Shown piece by piece: positions 27,536 through 41,951 of a stretch of 64,000 nt of DNA. The stretch's first letter is position 1. Each line of letters begins with the position of its first letter. Made by a program: the position numbers and the translations under genes. The notes below the pieces were generated by a model that saw nothing but the letters and a program-made list of their open reading frames with translations, had not been told where the DNA came from and searched no databases. The DNA is from Octopus sinensis (Eukaryota). The stretch is from contig NC_043007.1 of the NCBI RefSeq assembly GCF_006345805.1, positions 69,998,001 through 70,062,000 of the forward strand, written 5' to 3'.

Positions 27536-27865
27536 CGGTACATGAATTGCCTTTTCTCTTGGTGATCCCTGACGACAATTTCTGGTCAATTAGCTTTTAT
27601 CTCCCTATCTGTGCGTATTGGCAAATCCCAGAGTATAGTTGCGTTGTCATTTTCTGAGACCATTTTTTTAGTATACCTATACCATTTTTTTTCTTTTTAC
27701 TGTTGACATTCTCCAGTGCTGGCATAACTTTTAGCACATAAAATTCCAACTCTGTCATGTCTATTGATGTATTCCTTTTTGGTCAAGACTGGACAGCCAT
27801 AAACGATATTATTTATTTATTGTTTCTTCCCCTCAGGATTTGCTAAAAGGCTGCTAGGCTAAATA
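27536..27865 (-). mobile_element. Inverted continuation of the same R4/Dong relic (zinc-knuckle/REL start)
   Basis: Minus translation INNIVYGCPVLTKKEYINRHDRVG...ENDNATILWDLPIRTDREIKAN*PEIVVRD. Confidence 0.8.
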
Positions 27866-28058
27866 ATGTGCATCTGTCACTCTTACAGTCGCTTCGGGGT
27901 ACGATTTCGTTTCGTCTTGTTCCGAAGTATATTGTATTTATTATACACTATATCTATTAAGGGATATTTTACGAGCTGACCACTGTAGCCTCTGACTTTT
28001 CTACGGTTTACGTATGTTAAGTATGTCATCTGGATAAATGATAATAATAATAATAATA

Positions 28059-28145
<87 letters not shown>

Positions 28146-28149
28146 TAAT

Positions 28150-28400
28150 CTGAGTATATGAGAAATAACCCAGAAAGACTGATTTCGGCTGCCAGGGAAA
28201 CTGCGAAAACAGCAATGGAATACAAGAAAAGAAGAAAGCAGGAGCGGGAAAAAAAAACATCCGGGGGTAAACGACTGCTCGGTCAGCATCTCAGACAAAC
28301 GCCAGGACGTCGCAGATGAAGAGTCTTGGTTATGGCTGAAGAATGGAAACAAGAAACAGAAAGACCATAGTAGGAAAGTCTGTGTTCCCACACTCGGGCG
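28150..28400 (+). mobile_element. Short R4/Dong fragment directly after an (AAT)n tract
   Basis: EYMRNNPERLISAARE..AMEYKKRRKQERE...LLGQHLRQ...DVADEESWLWLKNG. Confidence 0.7.
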
Positions 28401-29244
28401 TAGATATTCATTTCCATGTGCCGATTCGTCAATGGCTCATACTTGTATGGTATTGTGCATCTGGCAGTCGCATCCAGTAATTCTGCAGGAACTAATAAAT
28501 TTGTTGTCCGTTTGTATATTTTAGATGTTCTGCAGTTTTTAAGTTGGTGTGTTTATTTTCCATAAATGTCTGTATATTTATCATCTCTATTGCGAAGGAT
28601 CTCGTCTTTAAAAAACATTGCTCTATACGGTCACATTGGTAATGGTGGTGATGTTAAAGTTAGTAACAAGTGATGGTAATACTTTCTTTGTTATCAGAAA
28701 TTGCTTCGCTTGCTTTGTTATTTGTTGTAGGTGTGTTGCTGTTAATTAGCATGGTAGTGGCGATGGTGATGCTTTCATTGTTGCGATACGCTGCTTTGCA
28801 TGCTTTTGAAAAATTATTGTTGACGCTGATGTTAACTGCTGCAAGGGCGGCAGTAGTGTTGATGATCATTTTCGACAGGCTGCTGTTCTCATTCTTTGGC
28901 ATGTTGTTGTTGTCAGTGTTTCCGTTCATGTAAATTTTTAAAGATTTTTGTACTTTGATGAGAGGAAAGGCATCGTTTGAACTCTCTTCAAAACTGTCAC
29001 TTTCTTTGACTGGCTGGTTGTTAAAGTCCTCACCATCTTTTAAATTTGTTTTCTAGAAATTTTAGAAAAACATTTTTGAATATTTTCCTCCAAAGGGGGC
29101 AAGAAACAAGAGAGCTAACCAGCTCACTGGCTCCTTGGTTAGCTTAGCAAAGGCATATAATATATATTAGCATGGAAAGTGTTAATAGATATACAAAAAA
29201 GCAAGACTTATAGAGAGCAATTGAGTACATGTTGTTGATACGAC

Positions 29245-29343
<99 letters not shown>

Positions 29344-29375
29344 AAGAAGAAAAAGAAGAAGAATAAGAAGAAGAA

Positions 29376-31030
29376 GATTTGGTGAATGTCATGCACGAAT
29401 AGCTGCGCTACTCAACACCTTGTTAAATGCCGACCAAGTAACACCAGAGTGGTTGGCATTGGGTAGGACAGTGCTGTGCTTGAAAAACATTGAAAAAGGC
29501 AATACGGTAGACAATTACAGGCCGATATCTTGTTTGCCACTTATATAGAAGTTATTGTCTGGAATACTCACAGAGTCAATGTACGAACATCTGGAAAAAA
29601 TGGAGCCCTGCCACATGAGCAGAAGGGTTGCAGGCGTAAGTGCAAAGGTACCAAGGATCAATTCCTGATAGATAAAACTGTACTTAGAGACTGCAAGAGG
29701 AAGAAAAATAACTTAGTCGTGTCTTGGATCGGCTATCGTAAGGCGTACGTTATGATCCCACATTCTTGGATTATGGAGTGTATGAACCTATTTGGTATTG
29801 CATCGAATGTTGAGCGATTGCTTGGGAAAAGTATGGCGAATTGGAGGACGGACCTGACAGCATACGAAAATTTAGGGACTGTAGACATTAGGAGAGGCAT
29901 TTTCCAAGGGGACCGCGTGTCCAACTGATCTTTGTTCTGTGCTTGATACCACTAACACTGATTCTGAGGAAGCAAAAGCTGGGTATGTATTCAAAAACCA
30001 ACAACAAAAAGTCAAGCATTTGTTATTCATGGATGACCTCAAACTTTATGGTAAAGATGAAGCCAAAGTCAATTCCCTCGTTGATACGGTGTATACCTTC
30101 AGTACTGATATCAGAATGGTGTTCGGACTGAGGACGTGTGGTGTATTAGTCTTGAAGAGAGGCAAAATCAAATGTATGGACGGGCTAATGATACCGTCGG
30201 GGGAGGTTATGAAGCAGATAGAAGAGACGAGCTATAAGTACTTGGGAATATTGGAAATGGATAAATTGAAGGAGAAAGAAATAACAGAAAAATTTAAGGT
30301 GGAGTACTTGCGCAGACTGAGACTGATCCTTAAGTCGAAATTAAATGGACGGAATAAGATCGAAGCTATCAACTTCTGGGAGGTTTCACTCCTTAGATAT
30401 AGGAAAATTGGTGGGTAACGAAAAGAATGCATGGCCAATTTCATAAGGATGTTGAAGATAACAAACAGAGAAAAAAGATGACTGTGGATGACTAAAAGTG
30501 ATTTAAAACCGGAAACGGAGACTCTAATCTGTGCTGCCCAAGAGCCACACTTAAAACAAACTACATAAAATACAGAATAGAAAACACAGCAGAAAGTGAT
30601 TAGAAATGCAAAGATCCTATGGGATTCTATGATTCAGTGCGACCATGAGATAGAGAACAGGACCATGAGATAGAGAATAGGATCATAGATGTAGCATGCC
30701 CAGCTGACATCAAGGTATGCGATAAGGAAGAAAGAAAAGCTGAGAGATATGACAGATTAGCTTGGGAAGTTAAGCAGTTGTGGTCGATGAAAAAGGTAGC
30801 AGTAGTACCAATAATTGTCGGAGCCCTGGGAACAATGAGCAAAAATCTCGAAAAGTACGAGGAACAAATATGGGCTGCAATAAGGGTGGAGCATTTACAG
30901 AAAACATCACTGCTTGGAACCGCTCGAATACTTCGGAAGGTGCTCGAAAAATAAGAGGTGTTACCTCATTTCACTGGTAAAGAACAGCTGACACTGTAGT
31001 ATATTTCCAGCGTTAGAAACTGTGCAAAGG
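29376..31030 (+). mobile_element. 5'-truncated R4/Dong LINE (RT plus REL endonuclease plus 3' UTR), disrupted
   Basis: [123 protein letters not shown]. Several frameshifts. Confidence 0.92.
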
Positions 31031-31458
31031 CAACAACAACAACAACAACAACAAAAACAACAACAACAACAACAACAATAACAACAACAACAACAAAAAC
31101 AACAACAACAACAATAGCAACTAAAACAACAACAAATAAAATAAATGGACAATAACAAATAAAAATGAAAAATATAAAAAGTAATCAACTAACTCCCAAC
31201 CATGACAAATAGTAGCCCTGAGCAAAACAACAAATGTCTCAACCTTAGAAAGTTATTAATCTAAAGATGGAAAATTTTCAGATTACAAAAAAATTGGTTC
31301 CGTCTTGTAGTGCACAAAGGAATATGATATTAACGTATAGTTCAGCGTATAAATTAATTGATTTTTATTTAATGAATGAAGTATATTTATCAAAAATTTA
31401 GAATTTCAATTTGTATTTTTCATATTTAAAAACTTTTTTCATTACTTTCACGGTGCAC

Positions 31459-31604
31459 CTGACAATATCTTGTGGTGCCAGTGTACCACGGCACACCGAT
31501 TGGGAGCTTCTGATCCAATCCTTTGATAACATATTCAGAAACTTTGTCCAAGGAAGCGAAGTAGTTATTGTTGGGAAGAACATGACTCTGTACATATACT
31601 TTGT
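31459..31604 (-). CDS. Candidate exon (phase 1-0), KVYVQSHVLPNNNYFASLDKVSEYVIKGLDQKLPIGVPWYTGTTRYCQ
   Basis: Good acceptor tttctttccaaaactccAG, weak donor CAG|GTGCAC, 48 open codons. The in-register plus frame is also open. Protein not recognised. Confidence 0.3.
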
Positions 31605-31879
31605 CTGGAGTTTTGGAAAGAAATGTATAAAAGTGAACTTTGAGCATCATCATCATCAGCAGCAGCAGCAGCCGTTCAAGAATTTGGACCTGGAGATCAC
31701 CATTTCCAGCGACTTCGAGGGCCACCTCTCAGTGGTGTCGAGCGTCAACGAAGAGCCCTCGACTACAAGACGACCAAAGTGTTTTTTCCCAAGGTCTGGG
31801 ATCTCCCGCCCTTAAGCCCTAGACCATCACCTAATCACCATTACCCGTCTTGCTGCTTAACAACAACAACAACAACAAC

Positions 31880-31915
<36 letters not shown>

Positions 31916-32375
31916 TGCTCCTGTTGTTATTGCTGTAGTTTATATTGTTGATTCTAATGGTAGTAGTGGAGACATTGACGACGATGATGCTGATGATAAT
32001 AATGGCTGTGAATTTGATGATGATGATAATGGGGATGATGATGATGAAGAGGATGATAATGATGATGATGATATAATGACGATGATGGCTGTGATGAAGT
32101 TTATTGTTGCTGTTGTTGATAACTAATAACAATGTGGTCATTGTGTAACCTGAATCAGTCAGTCCTGATTGGGCTGACCGATCAAAGATGTTGCAACCAG
32201 AACCAAACCGTCTCCTGGTATATATCGAGGACTTGCATTGCCTAACGCGGGAGAAAGGGGTGTTATTTCTAGCAAGTTGTGCAGTCGTGTAGAGGCTCTC
32301 AGTGTAGTTACTAGTGGTGTACTTTATTGGTAGTGAAAGGAATCTTGTAGCAGCAGCAGCAGCAGAAGCAGTAGC

Positions 32376-32442
<67 letters not shown>

Positions 32443-32461
32443 TAGTAGTAGTAGTAGTAGT

Positions 32462-32524
<63 letters not shown>

Positions 32525-32659
32525 TTTGCTGTTGTTGTTGCTATTGTCGGTTTTGCTGAAACAGTTGAAGTCTGGTAATAGCAAATACTAACAGCCACGG
32601 TACTTCCAGATATATACAGCATGTATTTATGTATACACGGTAGACACCTGCAATCATGA

Positions 32660-33626
32660 AGACACTTACATACACACGCACACGTTACTTACACATACAC
32701 GTACGTATATACATACACATATATACATAAACATATATATACACACATATGCATACATGCATTCAAACATTAATACATACATACATGTGTGTATATATAT
32801 ATTTATATACACACATACACGCAGACACACATACATATACATACATATAAATATACATATATACAGACATATGTACATTCATGCATTCATACATAAACAT
32901 ACATAGAAACATACATATATACATACATACATATATACATGCATACATACGTACATACATACATACATACATACATACATACATACATACATACATACAT
33001 ACATACATAATACATACACACATACATATATACATACATGAATGCATGCGTGTACACATACATACATACATGCTTGCATTCATACTTACATACATGCATG
33101 CGTGTACACATGCATATACATACATTCGTACATGCATGCATACATACATACATACATACATACATACATACATACATACATACATGCATACACACATACA
33201 TATACATACAAGCTTGCATTCATACATACATACATACATAGAAACATACATACATACATACATAGAAACATACATATATACATACATACATACATAGAAA
33301 CATACATACAAACAAACATACATACATACATACATGCATACATACATACATAGAAACATACATACATACATACATACAAACAAACATACATACATACATA
33401 CATAGAAACATACATACATACATACAAACAAACATACATACATACATACACACTACATACATACATACATACATACATAGAAACACATACATACATACAT
33501 ACATACATACGTACATACATACATACATACACACATACATAATACATACACACGTACATACATACATACATACGTACATACATGCATACATACATACATA
33601 CATACATACATACATACATACATACA

Positions 33627-33660
<34 letters not shown>

Positions 33661-33680
33661 CGTATGTACGTACACACGTA
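32660..33680. repeat. About 1 kb compound (ACAT)n microsatellite
   Basis: Seen directly, with recurrent variant units (AGAAAC, CAAACAAAC). Confidence 0.95.
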
Positions 33681-34621
33681 CAGCGTTAGAACTTGGCAAG
33701 TCAATGTATCGGGAAATCACTGAAGCAAGGTAACACTTTAGTACTCGTCTGTCAACAAGTAAAGCTGATTGGCTGCTGTCAAAATTCTGAGAAGATCAAG
33801 AGACTCTCCATCAACAGCGTTGCGGAGAGAATGGTCTCTTATTTCTCAGCCACTTTTATAAAGCTACCAGACGCTGCTGTTACTTCTATAGTAATAACAA
33901 TGACGACCGACATTGAAGCAAGCGTCGTCGGTAGCCTATAATGGCGGAGCTGCTGGTGACGGTGTTGGTGACGTATGCAGATATCCAGAAGATGGCGGCG
34001 TGGGAATAACTACTGATAGTAAAAGGTAGTAACTGTGATGGTGGGAGAAATACAGAAAAAAGGAACAGGAAATATAAAAATAAAGAAACAAATGAGTAAA
34101 ATGTAGAAAAACAAAATACTGCGACAGAAGTAAAAATGATTGGGTGCAGAGGAGATGGCTTTGGTGATAGAAACGACCGGAGACTACGAGCAATGATATT
34201 TCAGGTGTGATAATCCTGTATTAATTTTAGGGATATACAGGTCTACCTCTCTTGTGTACTTTTCTATTTTAATGTGGTAGGTTATGATTTGATGAAAGTT
34301 GTTTTTTGGCTGCTATTTCTAGTAGGTCGTGTGACCGAATACAGGCTCATGTCATAGAGAGAATCAGGACGGCACGGCTGATATAAGGTAGCGAGAAAAC
34401 CCCCGTCAACTATACCACTGAGATACCTGGGCCAAACCATAAAACACCAAAAAAAATCTCTCATCCTTTCTAAAGAAGAGGTAAGCGCTGAAGATTATAA
34501 CAGCTATATAAGAAAGTAGGGTTCGACAAGATTGTTCTCAATCTTTTTTCCTCACACACTCACAAATCTGTTTCTTGTACTCCATATGTTCTGCTTTGCA
34601 CATACATACACATGTATATAT

Positions 34622-34675
<54 letters not shown>

Positions 34676-34809
34676 ATATATATAAACAACTTATAATTTA
34701 AACCGTAACGGTATTTTAATATGCTGCCACATTTTTTGAAGGAATTTTTTTCTGTAAAAAAAGCTTCATCCTATATTAGTAGTATATATATATATATATA
34801 TATATATAT

Positions 34810-35080
34810 TTGAAAAAATGAGTAGAGATGCCTTTTTGAGGGGATAATGGGATAATTTTTATTTTAATCTTAATAATAATGTTTACGCCTCTTCCTTCAC
34901 ATAGCCTCTTACAAATGGCTGAGAGCATCAAAGTTAAATTCTCTATGATCATCTAGCTACACAGAACAAATTCAATGAACAGTATATTTCCATTCAAAAG
35001 AGATATTTAACGTCACATTATTATTAAGATTAAAATAAAAATTATCCCATCAAAAAAGTCATCTCAACTCATTCTTTCAA
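34810..35080. mobile_element. MITE-like element with ~70-80 bp imperfect TIRs in (TA)n flanks
   Basis: TTGAAAAAATGAGTAGAGATGCC..GGGATAATTTTTATTTTAATCTTAATAATAATGT is mirrored by ACATTATTATTAAGATTAAAATAAAAATTATCCC..GTCATCTCAACTCATTCTTTCAA. Confidence 0.65.
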
Positions 35081-35155
35081 ATATATATAATACTGTACCA
35101 AGAACTTTCTCTTTATTATTCTACTATGTATATATGTGTGTTGTGTGTATGTATG

Positions 35156-35191
<36 letters not shown>

Positions 35192-35235
35192 TGTATGTAT
35201 ATATATATATATATAGATATATATATATATATATA

Positions 35236-35267
<32 letters not shown>

Positions 35268-35276
35268 ATGTATGTA

Positions 35277-35312
<36 letters not shown>

Positions 35313-35330
35313 TGTATGTATGTATGTATG

Positions 35331-35389
<59 letters not shown>

Positions 35390-35553
35390 ATATATATATA
35401 CATATATATATATTCATATATATATCTACACACACGCACACACACATATATATATGTATATATGTATATTATATGTATATATTATATATATATATATATA
35501 CAAAAGCACACATACATCCACATGCTTGTATGCATACATACATACGTATACAT

Positions 35554-35629
<76 letters not shown>

Positions 35630-35657
35630 AGAAACATATATATATATATACATATAA

Positions 35658-35692
<35 letters not shown>

Positions 35693-36184
35693 ATATATAT
35701 AATATATATATATATACACATGCATATACTTACACATATTCATATGCAGCATATTCATACGTGTATGTATGCCTCTATATAAATGTTTATATTCGTACGT
35801 GCATCTATGTATATATGTATATTGGGTGCGAACACGCAGCAAGCTGTTTGCGGACCGGTCTTAACCGTCGGTGGTATCACTGCTGTTTTACTGACGTCCC
35901 TAAACTCTGCCGAGAGTTCATTTATTTACTAAGATAGATGCTCCACAATCTCTGAAGATACTAAAATTTAATTACCCATTGATGTACTCTTTAAGTGGCA
36001 ACAGTCAAGACACTCGTTTCCGTATATGACACTTGTGCAATAGAACAACGATTGTTAGTCCTTACCACAAAAGCACCACGTGCGCGCGCGCACATACACA
36101 TACATATGCATACATACTTATGCACACATTCTCACGCATCGACGTACGTACATGTAATGTATTTCCAGTCCACTTTTCATACAG

Positions 36185-36300
36185 ACGTTGTCAAAAGTGG
36201 ATCTGATTTATCGAAGTATTTATTTGGCCAATTAGGTGATAAATGGTTCGCTTTTGTGGATGAACTAAAGCGTGTCAGCTTGTCAGGCAAAGGCATCAAG
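36185..36300 (+). CDS. Candidate exon, (D)VVKSGSDLSKYLFGQLGDKWFAFVDELKRVSLSGKGIK
   Basis: Unique island between microsatellites. Acceptor ccacttttcatacAG (alternative at 36168), donor AAG|GTTAAC, open frame. No recognised homology. Confidence 0.35.
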
Positions 36301-36556
36301 GTTAACGCACACACGCACGTGTGTGTGTGTATATATATGTATGTATATATATATATGTGTGTATGTGTGTGTGTGCATATGTGTATGAATATACATATAC
36401 ATTTATACATCAACAATTATGTTTCTTAATATATATGTATACTTGTACGCATGTGTATAAATGTGTGTACATATATATGTGTGTACATATATATGTGTGT
36501 CTGAAGGTATTTTTATATTATCATGTATACATATACATTAAATATGAAGCACATCC

Positions 36557-36630
<74 letters not shown>

Positions 36631-36644
36631 ATCTATCTATCTCT

Positions 36645-37113
36645 TTTACTCGTTTACTCTTTTACTTGTTTCAGTCATTTGGCTGCGGCCATGCTGGAGC
36701 ACCGCCTTTAGTCGAGCAAATCGACCCCGGAACTTATTCTTTGTAAGCCCAGTACTTATTCTATCGGTCTCTTTTGCCGAACCGCTAAGTGACGGGGACG
36801 TAATCACACCAGCATCGGTTGTCAAGCAATGCTAGGGGGACAAACACAGACACACAAACACACACACGCATATAAATATAAATACATATATACGACGGGC
36901 TTCTTTCAGTTTCCGTCTACCAAATCCACTCACAAGGCATTGGTCGGCCCGGGGCTATAGCAGAAGACACTTGCCCAAGATGCCACGCAGTGGGACTGAA
37001 CCCGGAACCATGTGGTTCGTAAGCAAGCTACTTACCACACAGTCACTCCTACGCCTGTATACTTTTATTTTCGTTGGTTAGCAAGCTACTTACCACACAG
37101 CCACTCCTGCGCC
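36645..37113 (-). mobile_element. SINE family B, full length, with a duplicated head
   Basis: Close to consensus. The head appears twice (37015-37054 and 37076-37113). Confidence 0.9.
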
Positions 37114-37131
37114 TATCTATCTATCTATCTC

Positions 37132-37199
<68 letters not shown>

Positions 37200-37231
37200 C
37201 TTCTATCTATCTATCTCTCTCTTTATATAAT

Positions 37232-37262
<31 letters not shown>

Positions 37263-37599
37263 ATATATATATAATATATTATATATATATATATATATAG
37301 ATAGATATATATATACTTATATAGATATAAGCTTCATGTACATTATATATACCTATAATAATATATACATATAGTATATACATATACATAATGAGTCCAT
37401 GTCATGTATATGTACCAAATATATGCACACTATATAATATGCATAAGATATACATTTATGTATATATATATATAAATACACTTGCATATATATATATATA
37501 TATACTAGTGTAGCACAGTTTGCACGAAAAATTTGTCCGAGATTGATAAACGTTTTAAATGTTTGTCATAAAGCCAGGGCAATGTAAGTTATAAAAGAT

Positions 37600-37990
37600 A
37601 TAATACAAATTGATGGTTTCTACGTTTATCTTGTATTGCAATATTTCGGGGGCTAGGACCTCTTCTTCAGGAAATTTTCGGAGATATGGTGTTGTGAGCT
37701 GATTTCTCTGTTCTGTACGGTGAAGACAGCACACAACTAATACTAATCAAACAAACAATGAAGAGCTATATGACACTGTTTGCTAACATATATCAGCAAA
37801 TAAAGTCATATAAAAATCTTACCCTTTATTATTTATCTAATTGTAATTATATTCTTTGGTTAATGTACCAGCCTAATCGAACCCATATAAATTACTGTAC
37901 ATTTCGGCGGTTATTCTGTTATCTAGGTTCTTTTCATGGGGTACTTGCTGAGGTACTCGTCTGTATTTCTGCAATCTTTATTTTCCTCCA
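37600..37990 (-). mobile_element. Penelope-like element 3' end with a degenerate hammerhead-like motif
   Basis: RKIK..EI.RRVPQQVP-like GIY-YIG tail, then CCTGAAGAAGAGGTCCTAGCCCCGAAATATTGCAATAC at about 37635-37670. Confidence 0.5.
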
Positions 37991-38426
37991 CTATATGTAT
38001 GTGTAAGTATGTGTGTGTCTGCCTGTGTGTGTGTGTGTGTGTGTGTATGAATCTGTTGTATGTATGTATGTATGCGTCTATTTATATATGTACATTTGAT
38101 TAAAGTTACAAATTCTACCCATCTCCACTACCGTTGTTCCAAGCAGGGTATTACGGGCCACTACTTTGGTAAACAGCGCTAGGATATATCAAGTATTATA
38201 TTCCAAGCACCCCGGCGTCCTAATGACGAAGAAAACTCTTCGATCACATTTATGTTGTTGGCAGCGACAGACAACATATCATTAAAAGACTACCGTAGAT
38301 AATAACATTAAAGATTCTTAGTGCAGTGGGTGGGAAATCTCTCTTAGTTGCAGCCGCTTGAAAATATATCTATTTATCTGTCTGTCTGTCTGTCTGTATG
38401 TCTGTCTGTCTGTCTGTCTGTCTATA

Positions 38427-39615
<1,189 letters not shown>

Positions 39616-39632
39616 CCATTAATTTATATAGC

Positions 39633-39800
39633 AAGATCAATAGGTGGTTCATCAACTTTTAGACATTATATTATGTTAACTTATTCATTTATTTACTAAA
39701 CTGATAATTAAAATTATATACATAATTATCAGTTTAGTAAATAAATAAATAAGTTAACATAATATAATGTCTAAAAGTTGATGAACCACCTATTGATCTT
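39633..39800. repeat. Near-perfect palindrome, 78-bp arms with a 12-nt spacer
   Basis: 39633-39710 versus 39723-39800, one mismatch seen. Confidence 0.95.
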
Positions 39801-40175
39801 CTCTATTTTCTTATTGCTATATATATAAATTAATATATATACATACACACATACACACATACGCACACCCACACCCACACCACACACACACACACACACA
39901 CACACACGCCCACACACACCACACCACACCACACACACACACACACACACACATATAATATATATATATATATTAATAATATATTATTACTATTAATATA
40001 AGGAAATTAATATCAAAACTTCTCAGAAAGATATACCCGTGTGAAAATAGTTATTGTATTAAAGATATATAAATAAATATAAATATATATAAAAATATAT
40101 GTAAATATGTATAAGTATAAATATAATGTATAAATATATATGATAGTTTAAAAGTTTTGAATTAATAATTTAAAC

Positions 40176-40267
40176 CATCTTACGATCGTTTCGCAGAAGA
40201 GTTGTCCCTATAATGAAATCTTATATTGATAAGCATTTATAGACAACGCTTCTGCTTTTCAGAGATA
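40176..40267 (-). ncRNA. Type I hammerhead ribozyme fold with long helix II; G8A variant
   Basis: ATCT-CTGAAAA-GCAGAAG cg TTGT CTATAA [loop] TTATAG gg ACAA ct CTTCTGC-GAAA-CGATCG-TA-AGAT. Helix I is 4 bp plus a wobble, helix III is the palindrome ACGATCGT, and the site is GUA. Confidence 0.7.
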
Positions 40268-40495
40268 TAAAATATGAATATTGTATAACACATCGAATGA
40301 TAGTTTTTTTAAACATTTGAAGTAAAACTGTAAAACGGTGTTTGTTTGAAATATAAATTAAAAATAAAAAATTACTACTTTTAGTTTACGTTACCTCATC
40401 TTCAAATCTATTTGCAATGTTTCGCCTTTTAAATCTTTCAACATTACATTCCATATACAATGCTTCAAGCAAACTATAAAATCTTATATATATAT

Positions 40496-40573
<78 letters not shown>

Positions 40574-41355
40574 AGTGAGGTAACGTAAACTGAAAGTAAG
40601 TTACCTTGGTCTTATATGTATCCAATAATTCAGGACATACAAGTCACTTCTTCAGGGTTAAAAAGGAACTGTTCTTGGTAAGATGTTTTTTGTCGGAGAT
40701 GTATGTATGTATGTATGTATGTATGTATGTATGTATGTATGTATGTATGTATGTATGTTTGTATGTATGTATATAAGTTACATAGTAATAGGTGAGTACG
40801 ATTCAGGAATAAAGGGTAGGAAGTTGGTAGGCTTCGAGCGTGCATGCTGACAAAATGTGGACAATTTATAATTAAGAGACTTTGTTAAGATTGCAAATTA
40901 CACACCCCGTCCAAGCTCATAGTCGCCATACAACTCACGGTTTAGTAAATAAAATTGCTAAAAGTGCGAATAAAAATCCAAGAAATTAAGGAACGAGTAA
41001 AACTGGTAAAACACGGACTATAGCAGTTTCATAGCAAAGCAATGCTTGTTACATAAGTTGTATCACACACAGAAGCAGTTTAGCTAATCTTCAGGTCCAA
41101 TTACCTATAATTTGTTTTCATCCTCTCATGGAGAAGAGCAAATGAATTATCACACTAGCCATAGCACGAAAATTGCAAGTTTGATAATTCATTTGTTCAT
41201 CTGCACGCAACACTGTAAACAACTTATACGTAATAGGACCTGAAGAAGATCAGCTAAGCTGGTTCTGTGTTTGATACAACTTATATGACAATCTTTGCCT
41301 TGCTATGGAACAGTTGTAGTCTGTGTTTTACTGGTTCCGTTCTTACTTTCTCCAA

Positions 41356-41386
<31 letters not shown>

Positions 41387-41450
41387 CGGAGGCGACTCCA
41401 GGTCATCAGCGTCGCTCGGGCTCATCACAGATTTCGCATAAGACACATAC

Positions 41451-41553
41451 CTGTCTCGAAGAATTTCACGTTTTTCTGCTTTATTTCTAGCACCAAATGG
41501 CTCAGTTTTTACATCTAGCTCTATGTCTTTCTCCATTTCTAAGTTAAGCAACC
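41451..41553 (-). CDS. Candidate exon, LLNLEMEKDIELDVKTEPFGARNKAEKREILRD (possible start codon gaaATGG)
   Basis: Strong acceptor ttgtgttttgcAG and strong donor CAG|GTATGT. Only one frame is open. Protein not recognised. Confidence 0.45.
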
Positions 41554-41814
41554 CTGCAAAACACAACTGATCTTTACATACAGACGCACACAATAACAGT
41601 TATCAAATAACGACAGTGGAGTGCACAACAAACATCGGCGATCTGACTGTTGTCTGTACTTTTGACAGGAGATGCCATTTAGTCTTTTACTCCTACCAGG
41701 CTCGTTCGTATTAGCCCGAGTTATTAGCTACAATTACATCTTGAACTCAGTGTTGGCAGAAATTAAATCAGCTTGCAAATACAGGTTCACTACCCGCAGA
41801 GACTGCAAAGAAGA

Positions 41815-41935
41815 AAAAATGAATTTGGATCTCGGAACTCTATTGTTCCTACCGAAATTGATAAGAAATTATGAAAAATCTATAATTAAAAGTAGAAATA
41901 TTACATTTTTAAATCTCTCAGAGAGATTTATACAG
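41815..41935 (+). mobile_element. Possible Penelope ORF N-terminus relic
   Basis: MNLDLGTLLFLPKLIRNYEKSIIKSRNITFLN recalls PLE N-termini (recognition from memory). Confidence 0.3.
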
Positions 41936-41951
41936 TAGCAGCACGATAAAG

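Noticed and set aside
24383-31604. piggyBac-like motifs (NYFASL, SVEEAII, NFYASVYLF) in candidate exon peptides
   Set aside because: Spacing and order do not match the transposase, catalytic Asp residues are absent, and similar hits appear on both strands.
35134-35937. Longest ORF in the track (267 aa) and the many YVCM/IHTY/LSIY/poly-amino-acid ORFs
   Set aside because: They are translations of di-, tri- and tetranucleotide microsatellites that lack stops by construction.
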